The translations under genes and the position numbers were made by a program. DNA of 32,000 nt from an uncultured Alphaproteobacteria bacterium. GTDB lineage: Bacteria > Pseudomonadota > Alphaproteobacteria > Rhizobiales > Aestuariivirgaceae. The notes under the pieces were generated by a model, which was not told the origin of the DNA, did not search any database, and was given only the letters and a program-made list of their open reading frames with translations. The first letter of the stretch is position 1. Each line of letters opens with the position of its first letter. Location: NCBI GenBank assembly GCA_963747005.1, contig CAVVDT010000003.1:336901-368900 (forward strand), in the 5' to 3' direction. Below, one piece after another: positions 17,091 through 25,590 of the stretch.

Positions 17091-17410
17091 AGCTGGTTGC
17101 CGAACTGCGCCACCGGGTGAGCCTGCTCGAACCGGTGGAGACCGACGATGGGGCCGGCGGGCGGACCGTCACCTGGTCGGAACGCGATACCGTGTGGGCC
17201 CAGGTCGTTTCGCTGCGCGGCAAGGAGCGGCAATGGGCCGAGGCCCTCACTGCCGAGAGCCCCTACAGCGTCACTTTGCGCTACAGCCCCGACGTCACCG
17301 TCGAAATGCGCATCGGGTTCGATAACCGTTTGCTCGACATCAAGTCCGTCGCCGATCCGGACGGGCGCCGCCGCTGGCTCGTCTGCTACTGCGTCGAAAG
17401 GCCGGTGTGA
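17087..17410 (+). CDS. Phage head closure / head-tail adaptor protein (g7)
   Basis: The GTG at 17087 overlaps the g6 stop (GTGA). LRHRVSLLEPVETDDGAGGRTVTWSERDTVWAQVVSLRGKERQWAEA...YSVTLRY is the SPP1 gp16 / Phage_H_T_join pattern. The track ORF extension to 16703 lies inside g6 in another frame. Confidence 0.85.
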   Translation: MKLVAELRHRVSLLEPVETDDGAGGRTVTWSERDTVWAQVVSLRGKERQWAEALTAESPYSVTLRYSPDVTVEMRIGFDNRLLDIKSVADPDGRRRWLVCYCVERPV

Positions 17411-17715
17411 TGGCGGTCACGTTCAGACTGAGGCGCCGGCAGGGCGGCGGCGATCCCTCCTTGCAGGCCGCCGCCGCCCTCGATCTTGCCGCCCCCCACA
17501 TTGCGCGCCTGGTGGAAGACGGCCTCATGCGCTCGAGCATGGGGCGCTCCGCCGTCAGGGCCGAGGTGGTGGGCGCCAGCCTGGTGCTGACCGCCCGCCA
17601 CAGCGAACTCGCCAGTGCCGTCCAGCAGGCAAAGGGACCGATCGCTGGCGTCCTGCGCGCTGCCTGGCAGGCAGCGGGCAGCGGCCGGCACTTCAGCGGA
17701 AGGACTGACCCGTGA
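17410..17715 (+). CDS. Hypothetical protein between g7 and g8 (not part of the canonical RcGTA gene list)
   Basis: The ATG at 17410 (or GTG at 17407) overlaps the g7 stop, and its own stop overlaps the g8 GTG (GTGA at 17712-17715). Third-codon positions are overwhelmingly G/C in this frame. No family was recognised. Its position matches HK97 gp10-type tail-completion genes in siphophages. Confidence 0.55.
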   Translation: MAVTFRLRRRQGGGDPSLQAAAALDLAAPHIARLVEDGLMRSSMGRSAVRAEVVGASLVLTARHSELASAVQQAKGPIAGVLRAAWQAAGSGRHFSGRTDP

Positions 17716-18119
17716 CCACCAATTCCTCCCTCGCCCTGCAAAAGGCGATCCATGCCGCGCTTGCCGCCGATGCCGGCCTTGCCGCGATCCTCGGACCCCG
17801 CGTCTACGACGACGTGCCGCAGGGCACCAGCTTTCCCTATGTGGTCATCGGCGACGTCACGACGCGCGACTGGAGCACCCAGACGCAGCAAGGCCACGAG
17901 CATATCGTGGTCATCCACGCCTGGTCGAACCAGCGCGGTCGGCGCGAGGTGCAGATGATCATCGAGCGCCTCGACGCCGTCCTCGATGGCGCGGCACTGA
18001 CCCTCGACGACCACCAGCTCATCAACCTGCGCGTCGTCTTCTGGACGGCGCTGCGCGATCTCGACGGCGCCACCTATCACGGCGTGGTGCGCCTGCGCGC
18101 CGTCACCGAACCGCTTTAG
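17712..18119 (+). CDS. DUF3168 domain protein, tail terminator-like (g8)
   Basis: LQKAIHAALAADAGLAAILGPRVYDDVPQGTSFPYVVIGDVTTRDWSTQ...HIVVIHAWS is the DUF3168 pattern. Confidence 0.85.
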   Translation: MTTNSSLALQKAIHAALAADAGLAAILGPRVYDDVPQGTSFPYVVIGDVTTRDWSTQTQQGHEHIVVIHAWSNQRGRREVQMIIERLDAVLDGAALTLDDHQLINLRVVFWTALRDLDGATYHGVVRLRAVTEPL

Positions 18120-18146
18120 CCCAACCAACAGCAGGGAAGAGAACCC

Positions 18147-18560
18147 ATGGCCGCCCAGAAGGGACGCGACTTGCTTCTGAAACTCGACAGCGACGGGGTC
18201 GGCAGCTTCGTCACCGTCGCCGGCTTGCGCACCCACAATCTGACCTTCAATGCCCAGACCGTGGATGCAACCGACCAGGAATCGGCCGGGGCGTGGCGCG
18301 AACTCCTGGCCGATGCCGGCATCAAGTCGGCGGGCATCCGCGGCAGTGGCATCTTCAAGGACGCCGCCTCCGATGCCACCATCCGCACCCTGTTCTTCGA
18401 CGGGACGATCCGCGCCTGGCAGGTGGCCATTCCCGATTTCGGCGTTGTGGAAGGTCCGTTCCAGATCTCGACCCTGGAATTCGCCGGACAGCACGACGGT
18501 GAGATGACGTTCGACCTGTCGCTGGAATCGGCCGGCGAACTGACCTTCACGGCGGTTTGA
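18147..18560 (+). CDS. Phage major tail protein, TP901-1 family (g9)
   Basis: KGRDLLLKLDSDGVGSFVTVAGLRTHNLTFNAQTVDATDQES..WRELL...SGIFKD...GPFQISTLEFAGQHDGEMTFDLSLESAGELTF is typical of GTA g9 / TP901-1 major tail proteins. Confidence 0.88.
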   Translation: MAAQKGRDLLLKLDSDGVGSFVTVAGLRTHNLTFNAQTVDATDQESAGAWRELLADAGIKSAGIRGSGIFKDAASDATIRTLFFDGTIRAWQVAIPDFGVVEGPFQISTLEFAGQHDGEMTFDLSLESAGELTFTAV

Positions 18561-18567
18561 GGCGGCG

Positions 18568-18906
18568 ATGGCGAACCTGCATCGCGGCGATATCGAGGCA
18601 ACCCTCGACGGCCGCAAATACCGCCTGCGCCTGACGCTCGGCGCGCTCGCCGAACTGGAACAGGCCTACGGCGACACGGATCTCCTGGCGCTGGCCGAGC
18701 GCTTCGAGACCGGCCGCATCGGGGCGATCGACGCCATCCGGCTGATCGGCGCCGGATTGCGCGGGGCGGGCAGCGACATTGCCGACGACGATGTCGCGCG
18801 CATGGCATCCACCTCAGGCGCCGCCGGCTATGTGGCGATCGTCGCCGAATTGCTCAGGGCGACGTTTTCGCCGCCTGAAGGGAGCAGCGAAACCCAGGGA
18901 AACTGA
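18568..18906 (+). CDS. Gene transfer agent family protein, tail assembly chaperone (g10)
   Basis: GDIEATLDGRKYRLRLTLGALAELEQAYGDTDLLALAERFETGRIGAIDAIRLIGAGLRGAG matches the GTA g10 family. Confidence 0.85.
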   Translation: MANLHRGDIEATLDGRKYRLRLTLGALAELEQAYGDTDLLALAERFETGRIGAIDAIRLIGAGLRGAGSDIADDDVARMASTSGAAGYVAIVAELLRATFSPPEGSSETQGN

Positions 18907-18938
18907 GGGGCGCCGGGGAGGGGGGCTTTCCCTGGCGC
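18897..18938 (+). promoter_or_regulatory. Candidate programmed -1 ribosomal frameshift signal (slippery heptamer plus hairpin) at the g10/g10.1 junction
   Basis: G GGA AAC (18897-18903) is in the correct phase with g10, just before its TGA. After a 6-nt spacer there is a 10-bp stem: GCGCCGGGGA (18910-18919) pairs with TCCCTGGCGC (18929-18938), with one G-U pair and a 9-nt loop. Confidence 0.6.
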
Positions 18939-18944
18939 GACATC

Positions 18945-19115
18945 ATGGCGGTCGGCCTCGGCCGGTTGTGCCTGGCCCCCGACGTCTTCTGGGCGATGAC
19001 GCCCAAGGAATATGGCGCCGCCGTCGACGCGCTCAATCGCCGCCGTGGCGGGCCGGCACCGAGCCGGGCAGCCTTCGAGGCGCTCATGGATGCGTTTCCC
19101 GACCGAAAGGAATGA
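18945..19115 (+). CDS. rcc01693 / g10.1 family tail assembly protein (below the ORF-track size cut-off); likely expressed as a -1 frameshift extension of g10
   Basis: The -1 frame relative to g10 is open from 18879 to the TGA at 19113-19115. It encodes ...GGFPWRDIMAVGLGRLCLAPDVFWAMTPKEYGAAVDALNRRRGGPAPSRAAFEALMDAFPDRKE, which matches my memory of g10.1 proteins (W..LMRAGL..LGL.P..FW.LTP.E). The only canonical start is the ATG at 18945, downstream of the FPW segment. Confidence 0.7.
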   Translation: MAVGLGRLCLAPDVFWAMTPKEYGAAVDALNRRRGGPAPSRAAFEALMDAFPDRKE

Positions 19116-19118
19116 ACA

Positions 19119-19685
19119 ATGGCCACCACAGGCGACGGCCTCTCCTTCAGCATCGATCTCGATACATCCGCCCTGCGCACCGGTCTCACCGACCTGGAAA
19201 GGCTGAGCCGCTCCTTCGGCAACACCCTGGTACGGTCCTTCGCCAGCGCTATAACCGGCGGGCGCAAGCTGTCGGACGTGTTGCGCTCGCTCGCCTTGTC
19301 GCTCTCCAATACGGTATTGCGGTCGGCGTTGAGCCCGCTGGGCAATCTGGTCGGTAGCGGCCTGGCCTCGATCCTCGGCAATGCCAGGGGCAATGCCTTT
19401 TCCGGCGGCCGCATCACGCCGTTCGCGCAGGGCGGCATCGTCAACAGCCCGACGCTGTTCGCCATGCGCGGCGGCGCCGGACTGATGGGCGAGGCGGGCC
19501 CGGAAGCCGTCCTGCCGCTGGCGCGCGGTCCCGACGGTCGCCTTGGCGTCAAGGCGCAAGGCGGTCGCGTGGTGACCGTCAACATGAACATATCGACACC
19601 GGATGTTGCCGGTTTCCAGCGCTCACAGACCCAGGTCGCGGCGATGATGGTGCGCGCCCTCGAACGCGGCCAGCGCAACCTTTAG
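19119..19685 (+). CDS. Phage tail tape measure protein, short GTA type (g11)
   Basis: The C-terminal motif is ITPFAQGGIVNSPTLFAMRGGAGLMGEAGPEAVLPLARGPDGRLGV. At 188 aa it is GTA-like short. Confidence 0.85.
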   Translation: MATTGDGLSFSIDLDTSALRTGLTDLERLSRSFGNTLVRSFASAITGGRKLSDVLRSLALSLSNTVLRSALSPLGNLVGSGLASILGNARGNAFSGGRITPFAQGGIVNSPTLFAMRGGAGLMGEAGPEAVLPLARGPDGRLGVKAQGGRVVTVNMNISTPDVAGFQRSQTQVAAMMVRALERGQRNL

Positions 19686-19700
19686 AAAAGGGCAACGGGC

Positions 19701-20339
19701 ATGAGCTTTCACGATGTGCGCTTTCCCGTCGCCATCGCGCGCGGCGCTTCCGGCGGACCCGAGCGGCGCACCGAAATCGTCGTCACCGGATCGGGTGCCG
19801 AACAGCGCAACACCCGCTGGTACGCCTCGAGGCGGCGCTACAATGCCGGCTACGGCGTGAAAAGCCTCGCCGACATCCATGACGTGATTGCTTTCTTCGA
19901 GGCACGGCGCGGCCGCCTTCACGCTTTTCGCTGGAAGGACCATGCCGACTGGAAGTCCTGCGCCCCCGACCAGACGCCCGATCCGGGCGATCAGGCGATT
20001 GGTTCAGGCGATGGAACGACGGCGGCCATCCAACTCGTCAAGTCATATGGCACCGGGGCCGAAGCCTATCTGCGCGCCATCACCAAGCCGGTCGATGCCA
20101 GCGTGCGCATCGCCGTCGACGGCACCGAACTTGCCTCGCCCGCCGACTTCACCGTCGATACCCTGACCGGCATCGTCACGTTCGATGCAAGTGCCATTCC
20201 AGCGCCCGGCACGGCGATCACCGCCGGCTACGCGTTCGACGTGCCGGTGCGCTTCGATGCCGATCTTCTGGAAGTCAACCTGGCGGCCTTCGGGGCCGGC
20301 CAGATTCCCGACATCAGGCTCGTCGAGGTGATCGAATGA
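19701..20339 (+). CDS. DUF2460 / TIGR02217 family distal tail protein (g12)
   Basis: MSFHDVRFPVAIARGASGGPERRTEIVVTGSGAEQRNTRWYASRRRYNAGYG...FFEARRGRLHAFRWKDHADW is the DUF2460 signature. Confidence 0.88.
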   Translation: MSFHDVRFPVAIARGASGGPERRTEIVVTGSGAEQRNTRWYASRRRYNAGYGVKSLADIHDVIAFFEARRGRLHAFRWKDHADWKSCAPDQTPDPGDQAIGSGDGTTAAIQLVKSYGTGAEAYLRAITKPVDASVRIAVDGTELASPADFTVDTLTGIVTFDASAIPAPGTAITAGYAFDVPVRFDADLLEVNLAAFGAGQIPDIRLVEVIE

Positions 20340-21235
20340 GACAGCTTCCCGCCGCGCTGCAGAGCACCCTCGACAGCGGCACCACCAGCTTGTGCTGGTG
20401 CTGGAAGCTGACGACCCGCGATGGCACAGCGCTCGGTTTTACCGATCACGATCGCGACCTCGACTTCGATGGGGTCACCTATCGCGCCACCACCGGCTTC
20501 ACGGCGAGCGACATGCAGTCGAGCCTCGGGCTCAGCGTCGACAACCTCGAGGTGGCCGGCGCCTTGTCGTCGCTGGCCCTGACCGAAGCCGACCTGCTGG
20601 CCGGCCGCTATGACGATGCCGCCATGCAGGTGTGGGTCGTCGACTGGTCCGACCCCGCCCAGCGGGCCCTGCTGCGCAGCGGCAATCTGGGCGAGGTGAG
20701 GCGCGGCGATGTCGGCTTCACCGCCGAGATCCGGGGACTGGCCAACCGGCTGAATGTGACCAGGGGTCGCAATTTCCAGTACGGCTGCGACGCCATCCTT
20801 GGCGATGCCCGTTGCGGTGTTGACCTGGCCGACCCGGCCTATGCCGGGACCGGGGCGGTGGTTGCCGCTGACGATGCCTGGCGGCTGCGTGTCAGCGGGC
20901 TGGACGCATTTCAGGCCGGCTGGTTCCGCGGCGGGCTCATCACCTGGTCGAGCGGCGCCAATGCCGGGCGCCTGAGCGAGGTGAAGTCGCATCGCATCGA
21001 TGCAGCCGGCGTGGTGATCGAACTGACAGCGCTGCTCCCGGCAGATGTGGCCGTCGGCGACGGGTTCGACATCGCCGCCGGCTGCGACAAGCAGTTTTCC
21101 ACCTGCCGCGCCAAGTTCGCCAACAACGTCAACTTCCGCGGCTTTCCCCACATGCCCGGCAACGATTTCGTGGTGCGCTATCCCAACACCAGCGACGCCA
21201 GCAATAGCGGCGGCAGCCTGAACGGTGCGGGATGA
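20336..21235 (+). CDS. DUF2163 / phage BR0599 family hub protein (g13)
   Basis: The start overlaps the g12 stop (ATGA). The N-terminus is TTSLCWCWKLTTRDGTALGFTDHDRDLDFDGVTYRA and the C-terminus is FSTCRAKFANNVNFRGFPHMPGNDF. Confidence 0.88.
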   Translation: MRQLPAALQSTLDSGTTSLCWCWKLTTRDGTALGFTDHDRDLDFDGVTYRATTGFTASDMQSSLGLSVDNLEVAGALSSLALTEADLLAGRYDDAAMQVWVVDWSDPAQRALLRSGNLGEVRRGDVGFTAEIRGLANRLNVTRGRNFQYGCDAILGDARCGVDLADPAYAGTGAVVAADDAWRLRVSGLDAFQAGWFRGGLITWSSGANAGRLSEVKSHRIDAAGVVIELTALLPADVAVGDGFDIAAGCDKQFSTCRAKFANNVNFRGFPHMPGNDFVVRYPNTSDASNSGGSLNGAG

Positions 21236-21681
21236 GTGGGACCGACGAGTTTGCGCCCCGTGTCGTTGCCCTGGCGCGCGGCTGGATCGGCACACCTTAC
21301 CGGCACCAGGCGAGCCGGCGGGGTATCGGCTGCGACTGCCTCGGGTTGGTGCGCGGGGTGTGGCGCGATCTCTATGGTAACGAACCGGAGGCGGTTCCCG
21401 CCTATTCGGGCGGCTGGGCCGAAACGCCGGCCGCATCGAATGAGCCGCTGGCCTCGGCCGCCCGCCGCCACATGAGCGAGGTCGAGCCATCAGCCTTTGC
21501 CGGCGGCGATCTTCTGGTGTTCCGCTGGCGCCGGCACCTGCCGGCCAAGCATCTGGGCATCGCGGTCAGTCCCACCCGCATGATCCATGCCCAGGAGGGT
21601 GCGGCGGTGTGCGAGGTGACCCTCAATTCCTGGTGGCGGCGGCATCTCGCCTTCGCCTTCTGTTTTCCCCGCAATCGATAG
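21232..21681 (+). CDS. NlpC/P60 family cell-wall peptidase (g14)
   Basis: The start overlaps the g13 stop (ATGA). WIGTPYRHQASRRGIGCDCLGLVRGVWRDLYG (catalytic Cys) and AKHLGI...IHA fit the phage NlpC/P60 peptidase family. Confidence 0.88.
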   Translation: MSGTDEFAPRVVALARGWIGTPYRHQASRRGIGCDCLGLVRGVWRDLYGNEPEAVPAYSGGWAETPAASNEPLASAARRHMSEVEPSAFAGGDLLVFRWRRHLPAKHLGIAVSPTRMIHAQEGAAVCEVTLNSWWRRHLAFAFCFPRNR

Positions 21682-21690
21682 CGAGCAACG

Positions 21691-24600
21691 ATGGCAACTC
21701 TGGTCCTGCAGACGGCCGGTCAGGCGCTCGGCGGCCTGTTCGGCCCGTTGGGCGGCATCATCGGCCGCGCCGCCGGCGCAATCGCCGGCAATGTCATCGA
21801 CCAGGCCCTCTTCGGCCCACCCACCAGCCACCGCGATGGCCCGCGCCTCAGCGATCTCTACGTGCTGTCGTCGAGCGAGGGCGCTCCGGTGCCGCGCGTG
21901 TGGGGACGCATGCGGGTCTCGGGTCAGATCATCTGGGCGACCCGGCTGGAAGAAGTGGTGACCACCAGCAAGCAGGGATCAGGCGGCAAGGGCGGCTTGT
22001 TGCGGCCCTCCTCGACCCTCACCGAATACGAATATTTCGCCAATCTCGCCATCGGCCTCGCCGAAGGTCCGATTGCCCGCATCGGCCGTGTCTGGGCCGA
22101 CGGCAAGGAGATCGAACTGGACGCCTTTGCCTGGCGCTTTTATCCAGGCGACGAGACCCAGGAGCCCGACAGCCTCATCCTCGCCAAGGAAGGCGCCGAT
22201 GCAGCACCTGCCTATCGCGGTCTTGCCTATGTGGTGCTGGAGCGCTTGCCGCTCGCCCAGTTCGGCAACCGGGTGCCGCAGTTCTCCTTCGAGATATTCC
22301 ACCCGCTGGAATCGATGGAAGACGCTTTGCGCGCCGTGTGCATCATTCCCGGCTCGACCGAATTCGGCTATGAGCCGGCGATCGTTACACGCCAGATCGG
22401 ATGGGGCGAGACCGAGAGCGAGAACGCCCATGCCTCGGCGCTCAAGTCCGACTGGACCGTCTCGCTCGACCAGCTCGCCGGCACCTGTCCGAACGTGGCC
22501 GCCGCATCGCTGGTGGTCGCCTGGTTCGGCGACGACCTGCGCTGCGGTTCGACCACTCTGAAACCCGGCGTCGAGAACACCAACAAGCAAACGTCACCGA
22601 TGAGCTGGGGCGTGGCCGGCCTCGGGCGTGGCGATGCCCATGTCGTATCCGAGATCGACGGTGGTCCGGCCTTCGGCGGCACACCGAGCGACAATTCCGT
22701 TCTCGACGCCATCGCCGATCTCAAGGTGCGCGGGCTCGATGTGGTGTTCTACCCCTTCATCCTGATGGACATTCCCACCGGCAAAGGCCTTGCCGATCCG
22801 TACGGCGTCGGTGCCGAACAGGCGGTTTATCCCTGGCGCGGGCGCATCACCTGCGACCCGGCGCCGGGCGTTGCCGGATCGCCCGACAAGACCGCCGCGC
22901 TGACGGCCGATGTGGATCATTTCTTCGGTGTGGCGCAGGTTTCCGATTTCTCCATCGCCAGCGGCGAGCTGGTCTATTCCGGACCGGACGATTGGGGCCT
23001 CAGGCGCATGGTGTTGCACTATGCCCATCTGTGTTCGCTGGCTGGCGGCGTCGATGCCTTCATTATCGCCAGTGAACTGCGCGGACTGACGACATTGCGC
23101 GATGGCGCGGCGAGCTTTCCCGCCGTCGAGCGGCTGAAGACGCTGGCCGCGGACGTGGCGGGTGTGTTGCCGGGCGCCAAGGTCTCCTATGCCGCGGACT
23201 GGTCGGAATATTTCGGCTATCAGCCGAACGATGCCTCGGGCGATGTGTTCTTTCACCTTGACCCCTTGTGGGCCGCGCCCGCCGTCGCCTTCATCGGCAT
23301 CGACAACTACCTGCCCTTGAGCGACTGGCGCCCCGGCATCGCCCACGCCGATGCCGCGGTCGGTTGGTCCGCGGTCTACGATGCGGACTATCTAAAGTCC
23401 AACATCGCCGGCGGTGAATATTTCGACTGGTATTATGCCAACGATGCCGACCGCGCACTGCAGCAGCGCACCGCTATCAGCGACGGTGCCTATGGCAAGC
23501 CCTGGGTGTTCCGACCCAAGGATCTGGTGAACTGGTGGTCCAACCAGCATTTCAATCGCCCCGACGGCACCGAGGACACCACGCCGACCGGCTGGGTGCC
23601 ACAATCCAAGCCCATCTGGTTCACGGAATTGGGGGTCCCGGCGGTCGATCTCGGCACCAACCAGCCCAACGTCTTCTACGACCCGAAATCTTCCGAAAGC
23701 GCGTTGCCGTATTTCTCCAGCGGGGTGCGCGACGACCTGATCCAGCGGCGGGCGCTGCTGGCTGTCAGCGACTACTGGCGCGCAAGCTCCGGCAATCCGG
23801 TCTCGACGATCTATGGCGGCCCCATGATCGATGCCGACCGTCTTTTCGTGTGGTGCTGGGACGCGCGGCCGTTTCCCGCCTTCCCGGGGCGCAGCGATGT
23901 GTGGGCCGACGCCCCCAACCACCAGCGCGGACATTGGCTCAACGGCCGCCTGGGCGCGGTCGCGCTCGACGATCTCGTTGCCGACATTTGCCACGTCTAC
24001 GGCTTCGACGGTGCGCAAAGTGGTGAGCTGAACGCCGTCATCGACGGTTTTCTCATCGACCGGCCCATGTCGGCGCGAGATGCCATCGAGCCGCTGGCGC
24101 GTCTCTATGCCTTCGACGGCATCGAAACCGGCGGCAACATCATCTTCCGTTCAAGGCTGCAACGTGACGCCGTGGCCATGGCCCATGACGACCTTGTCGA
24201 AACCGATGCCGCAAAGCCGTTGATTGATCTGACGCGCGCCCAGGAAAGCGAACTGCCGACGTCGATCAGGATCGCCTATACCGAAAGCTCGGGCGATTAC
24301 CTTCGCGCCATGGTGGAGGCCCGGCGCTCATCGGCCTCCACCATCCAGGACGTCGCCCTCGATGCCCCTTGCGTACTGCCCCAGTCGAATGCGGCATCGC
24401 GCGCCGCGGTGCTGCTGGCCGAAGCCTGGGTGGGGCGCGAGACGGCCCGCTTCGTGTTGCCACCCGACCGGCTGGCGATCGAGCCGGGCGATTCCATCCT
24501 GCTGGCGGAATCGGGCGTCACCCGGCGCTACCGCATAGAGGAAGTCTCGGATGGCACGGCCCGCGAGGTGCTGGCCAGAAGCCTCGATCCGCATGTCTAC

Positions 24601-25590
24601 GAGCCGCCCGAGGCCCCGGTGCGCGGTGCCGTGGTCTATCAACCGGCGGTATTCGGTGCCCCGGCTGTGGCGGCACTGGATTTGCCCCTGATCGCCGACG
24701 ACGCCAATCCCTATGCACCGTGGATGGCGGCCGCCGCGCTGCCCTGGCCCGGCGAAATCGCCGTGGTGCGCGTCACCGCTACCGGTTATGCGCTCGATAC
24801 GCTGCTGACCCGCCCCGCCGCCATCGGCCTGCTGACAACGGATTTGCCGACCGGACCGCTCGGCCGCTACGACCGGCATGCGAGCTTCGAGGTCAAGCTG
24901 GTCAACGGCACGCTGCAGTCGATCTCAACGCTCGAATTGCTCGCCGGTGGCAATGCCGCGGCAGTTGAGACGGCGCCAGGCCAATGGGAAGTGCTGCAAT
25001 TCGGTACTGCCGAACTGGTGGCCGATCGTACCTACAGGCTGTCGACGCTGTTGCGCGGACAGGCGGGTTCGGATGCCGAAATGGTTGCCGAGGTGGCCGC
25101 CGGCGCAAGCTTTGTGCTTCTCGATGAAGCCGTGCGCCAACTCGATGCCACCAGTGCCGATCTCGGTCTGCCGCTCGACCTGGCCGCCGGGCCGGCCTCC
25201 CGCGATCCCGCCGATGCCGCCTATGTGTCCTTCACCCTCACGCCATCAGGGCTGGGGCTCAGGCCGTTGCGACCCGTACACCTTAACGCCCGCAATGAGG
25301 GCGGCGATATCGTCCTGAGCTGGATCAGGCGCTCGCGCATCGGCGCCGACAGCTGGCAGAGCGTCGAGATTCCCCTTGGCGAGGAGGTGGAGAATTACAT
25401 CCTCGAACTCCTGGACGGCGCCAGCGTCGTGCGCACCATCGATCTCGCGGCTTCGACCTATCGTTACACAGCGGTCGACCGGCTGGCCGACTTCGGAACG
25501 CCGTTGCCGACAACTCTTCACGTCCGGGTAGCCCAGAAAAGCACGGTCTATGGTCCCGGCCCCTACGCGGAGAATACCTTCAATGTCTGA
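21691..25590 (+). CDS. GTA baseplate multidomain protein megatron / host-specificity protein (g15)
   Basis: A 1299-aa protein directly after g14. The N-terminus is MATLVLQTAGQALGGLFGPLGGIIGRAAGAIAGNVIDQALFG...GPRLSDL. It has a central TIM-barrel-like region (VFYPFILMDIP...IWFTELGVPAVDLGTNQPNVFYDPKSSES) and a C-terminal fibronectin-like tail, as in RcGTA g15. Confidence 0.9.
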   Translation: MATLVLQTAGQALGGLFGPLGGIIGRAAGAIAGNVIDQALFGPPTSHRDGPRLSDLYVLSSSEGAPVPRVWGRMRVSGQIIWATRLEEVVTTSKQGSGGKGGLLRPSSTLTEYEYFANLAIGLAEGPIARIGRVWADGKEIELDAFAWRFYPGDETQEPDSLILAKEGADAAPAYRGLAYVVLERLPLAQFGNRVPQFSFEIFHPLESMEDALRAVCIIPGSTEFGYEPAIVTRQIGWGETESENAHASALKSDWTVSLDQLAGTCPNVAAASLVVAWFGDDLRCGSTTLKPGVENTNKQTSPMSWGVAGLGRGDAHVVSEIDGGPAFGGTPSDNSVLDAIADLKVRGLDVVFYPFILMDIPTGKGLADPYGVGAEQAVYPWRGRITCDPAPGVAGSPDKTAALTADVDHFFGVAQVSDFSIASGELVYSGPDDWGLRRMVLHYAHLCSLAGGVDAFIIASELRGLTTLRDGAASFPAVERLKTLAADVAGVLPGAKVSYAADWSEYFGYQPNDASGDVFFHLDPLWAAPAVAFIGIDNYLPLSDWRPGIAHADAAVGWSAVYDADYLKSNIAGGEYFDWYYANDADRALQQRTAISDGAYGKPWVFRPKDLVNWWSNQHFNRPDGTEDTTPTGWVPQSKPIWFTELGVPAVDLGTNQPNVFYDPKSSESALPYFSSGVRDDLIQRRALLAVSDYWRASSGNPVSTIYGGPMIDADRLFVWCWDARPFPAFPGRSDVWADAPNHQRGHWLNGRLGAVALDDLVADICHVYGFDGAQSGELNAVIDGFLIDRPMSARDAIEPLARLYAFDGIETGGNIIFRSRLQRDAVAMAHDDLVETDAAKPLIDLTRAQESELPTSIRIAYTESSGDYLRAMVEARRSSASTIQDVALDAPCVLPQSNAASRAAVLLAEAWVGRETARFVLPPDRLAIEPGDSILLAESGVTRRYRIEEVSDGTAREVLARSLDPHVYEPPEAPVRGAVVYQPAVFGAPAVAALDLPLIADDANPYAPWMAAAALPWPGEIAVVRVTATGYALDTLLTRPAAIGLLTTDLPTGPLGRYDRHASFEVKLVNGTLQSISTLELLAGGNAAAVETAPGQWEVLQFGTAELVADRTYRLSTLLRGQAGSDAEMVAEVAAGASFVLLDEAVRQLDATSADLGLPLDLAAGPASRDPADAAYVSFTLTPSGLGLRPLRPVHLNARNEGGDIVLSWIRRSRIGADSWQSVEIPLGEEVENYILELLDGASVVRTIDLAASTYRYTAVDRLADFGTPLPTTLHVRVAQKSTVYGPGPYAENTFNV

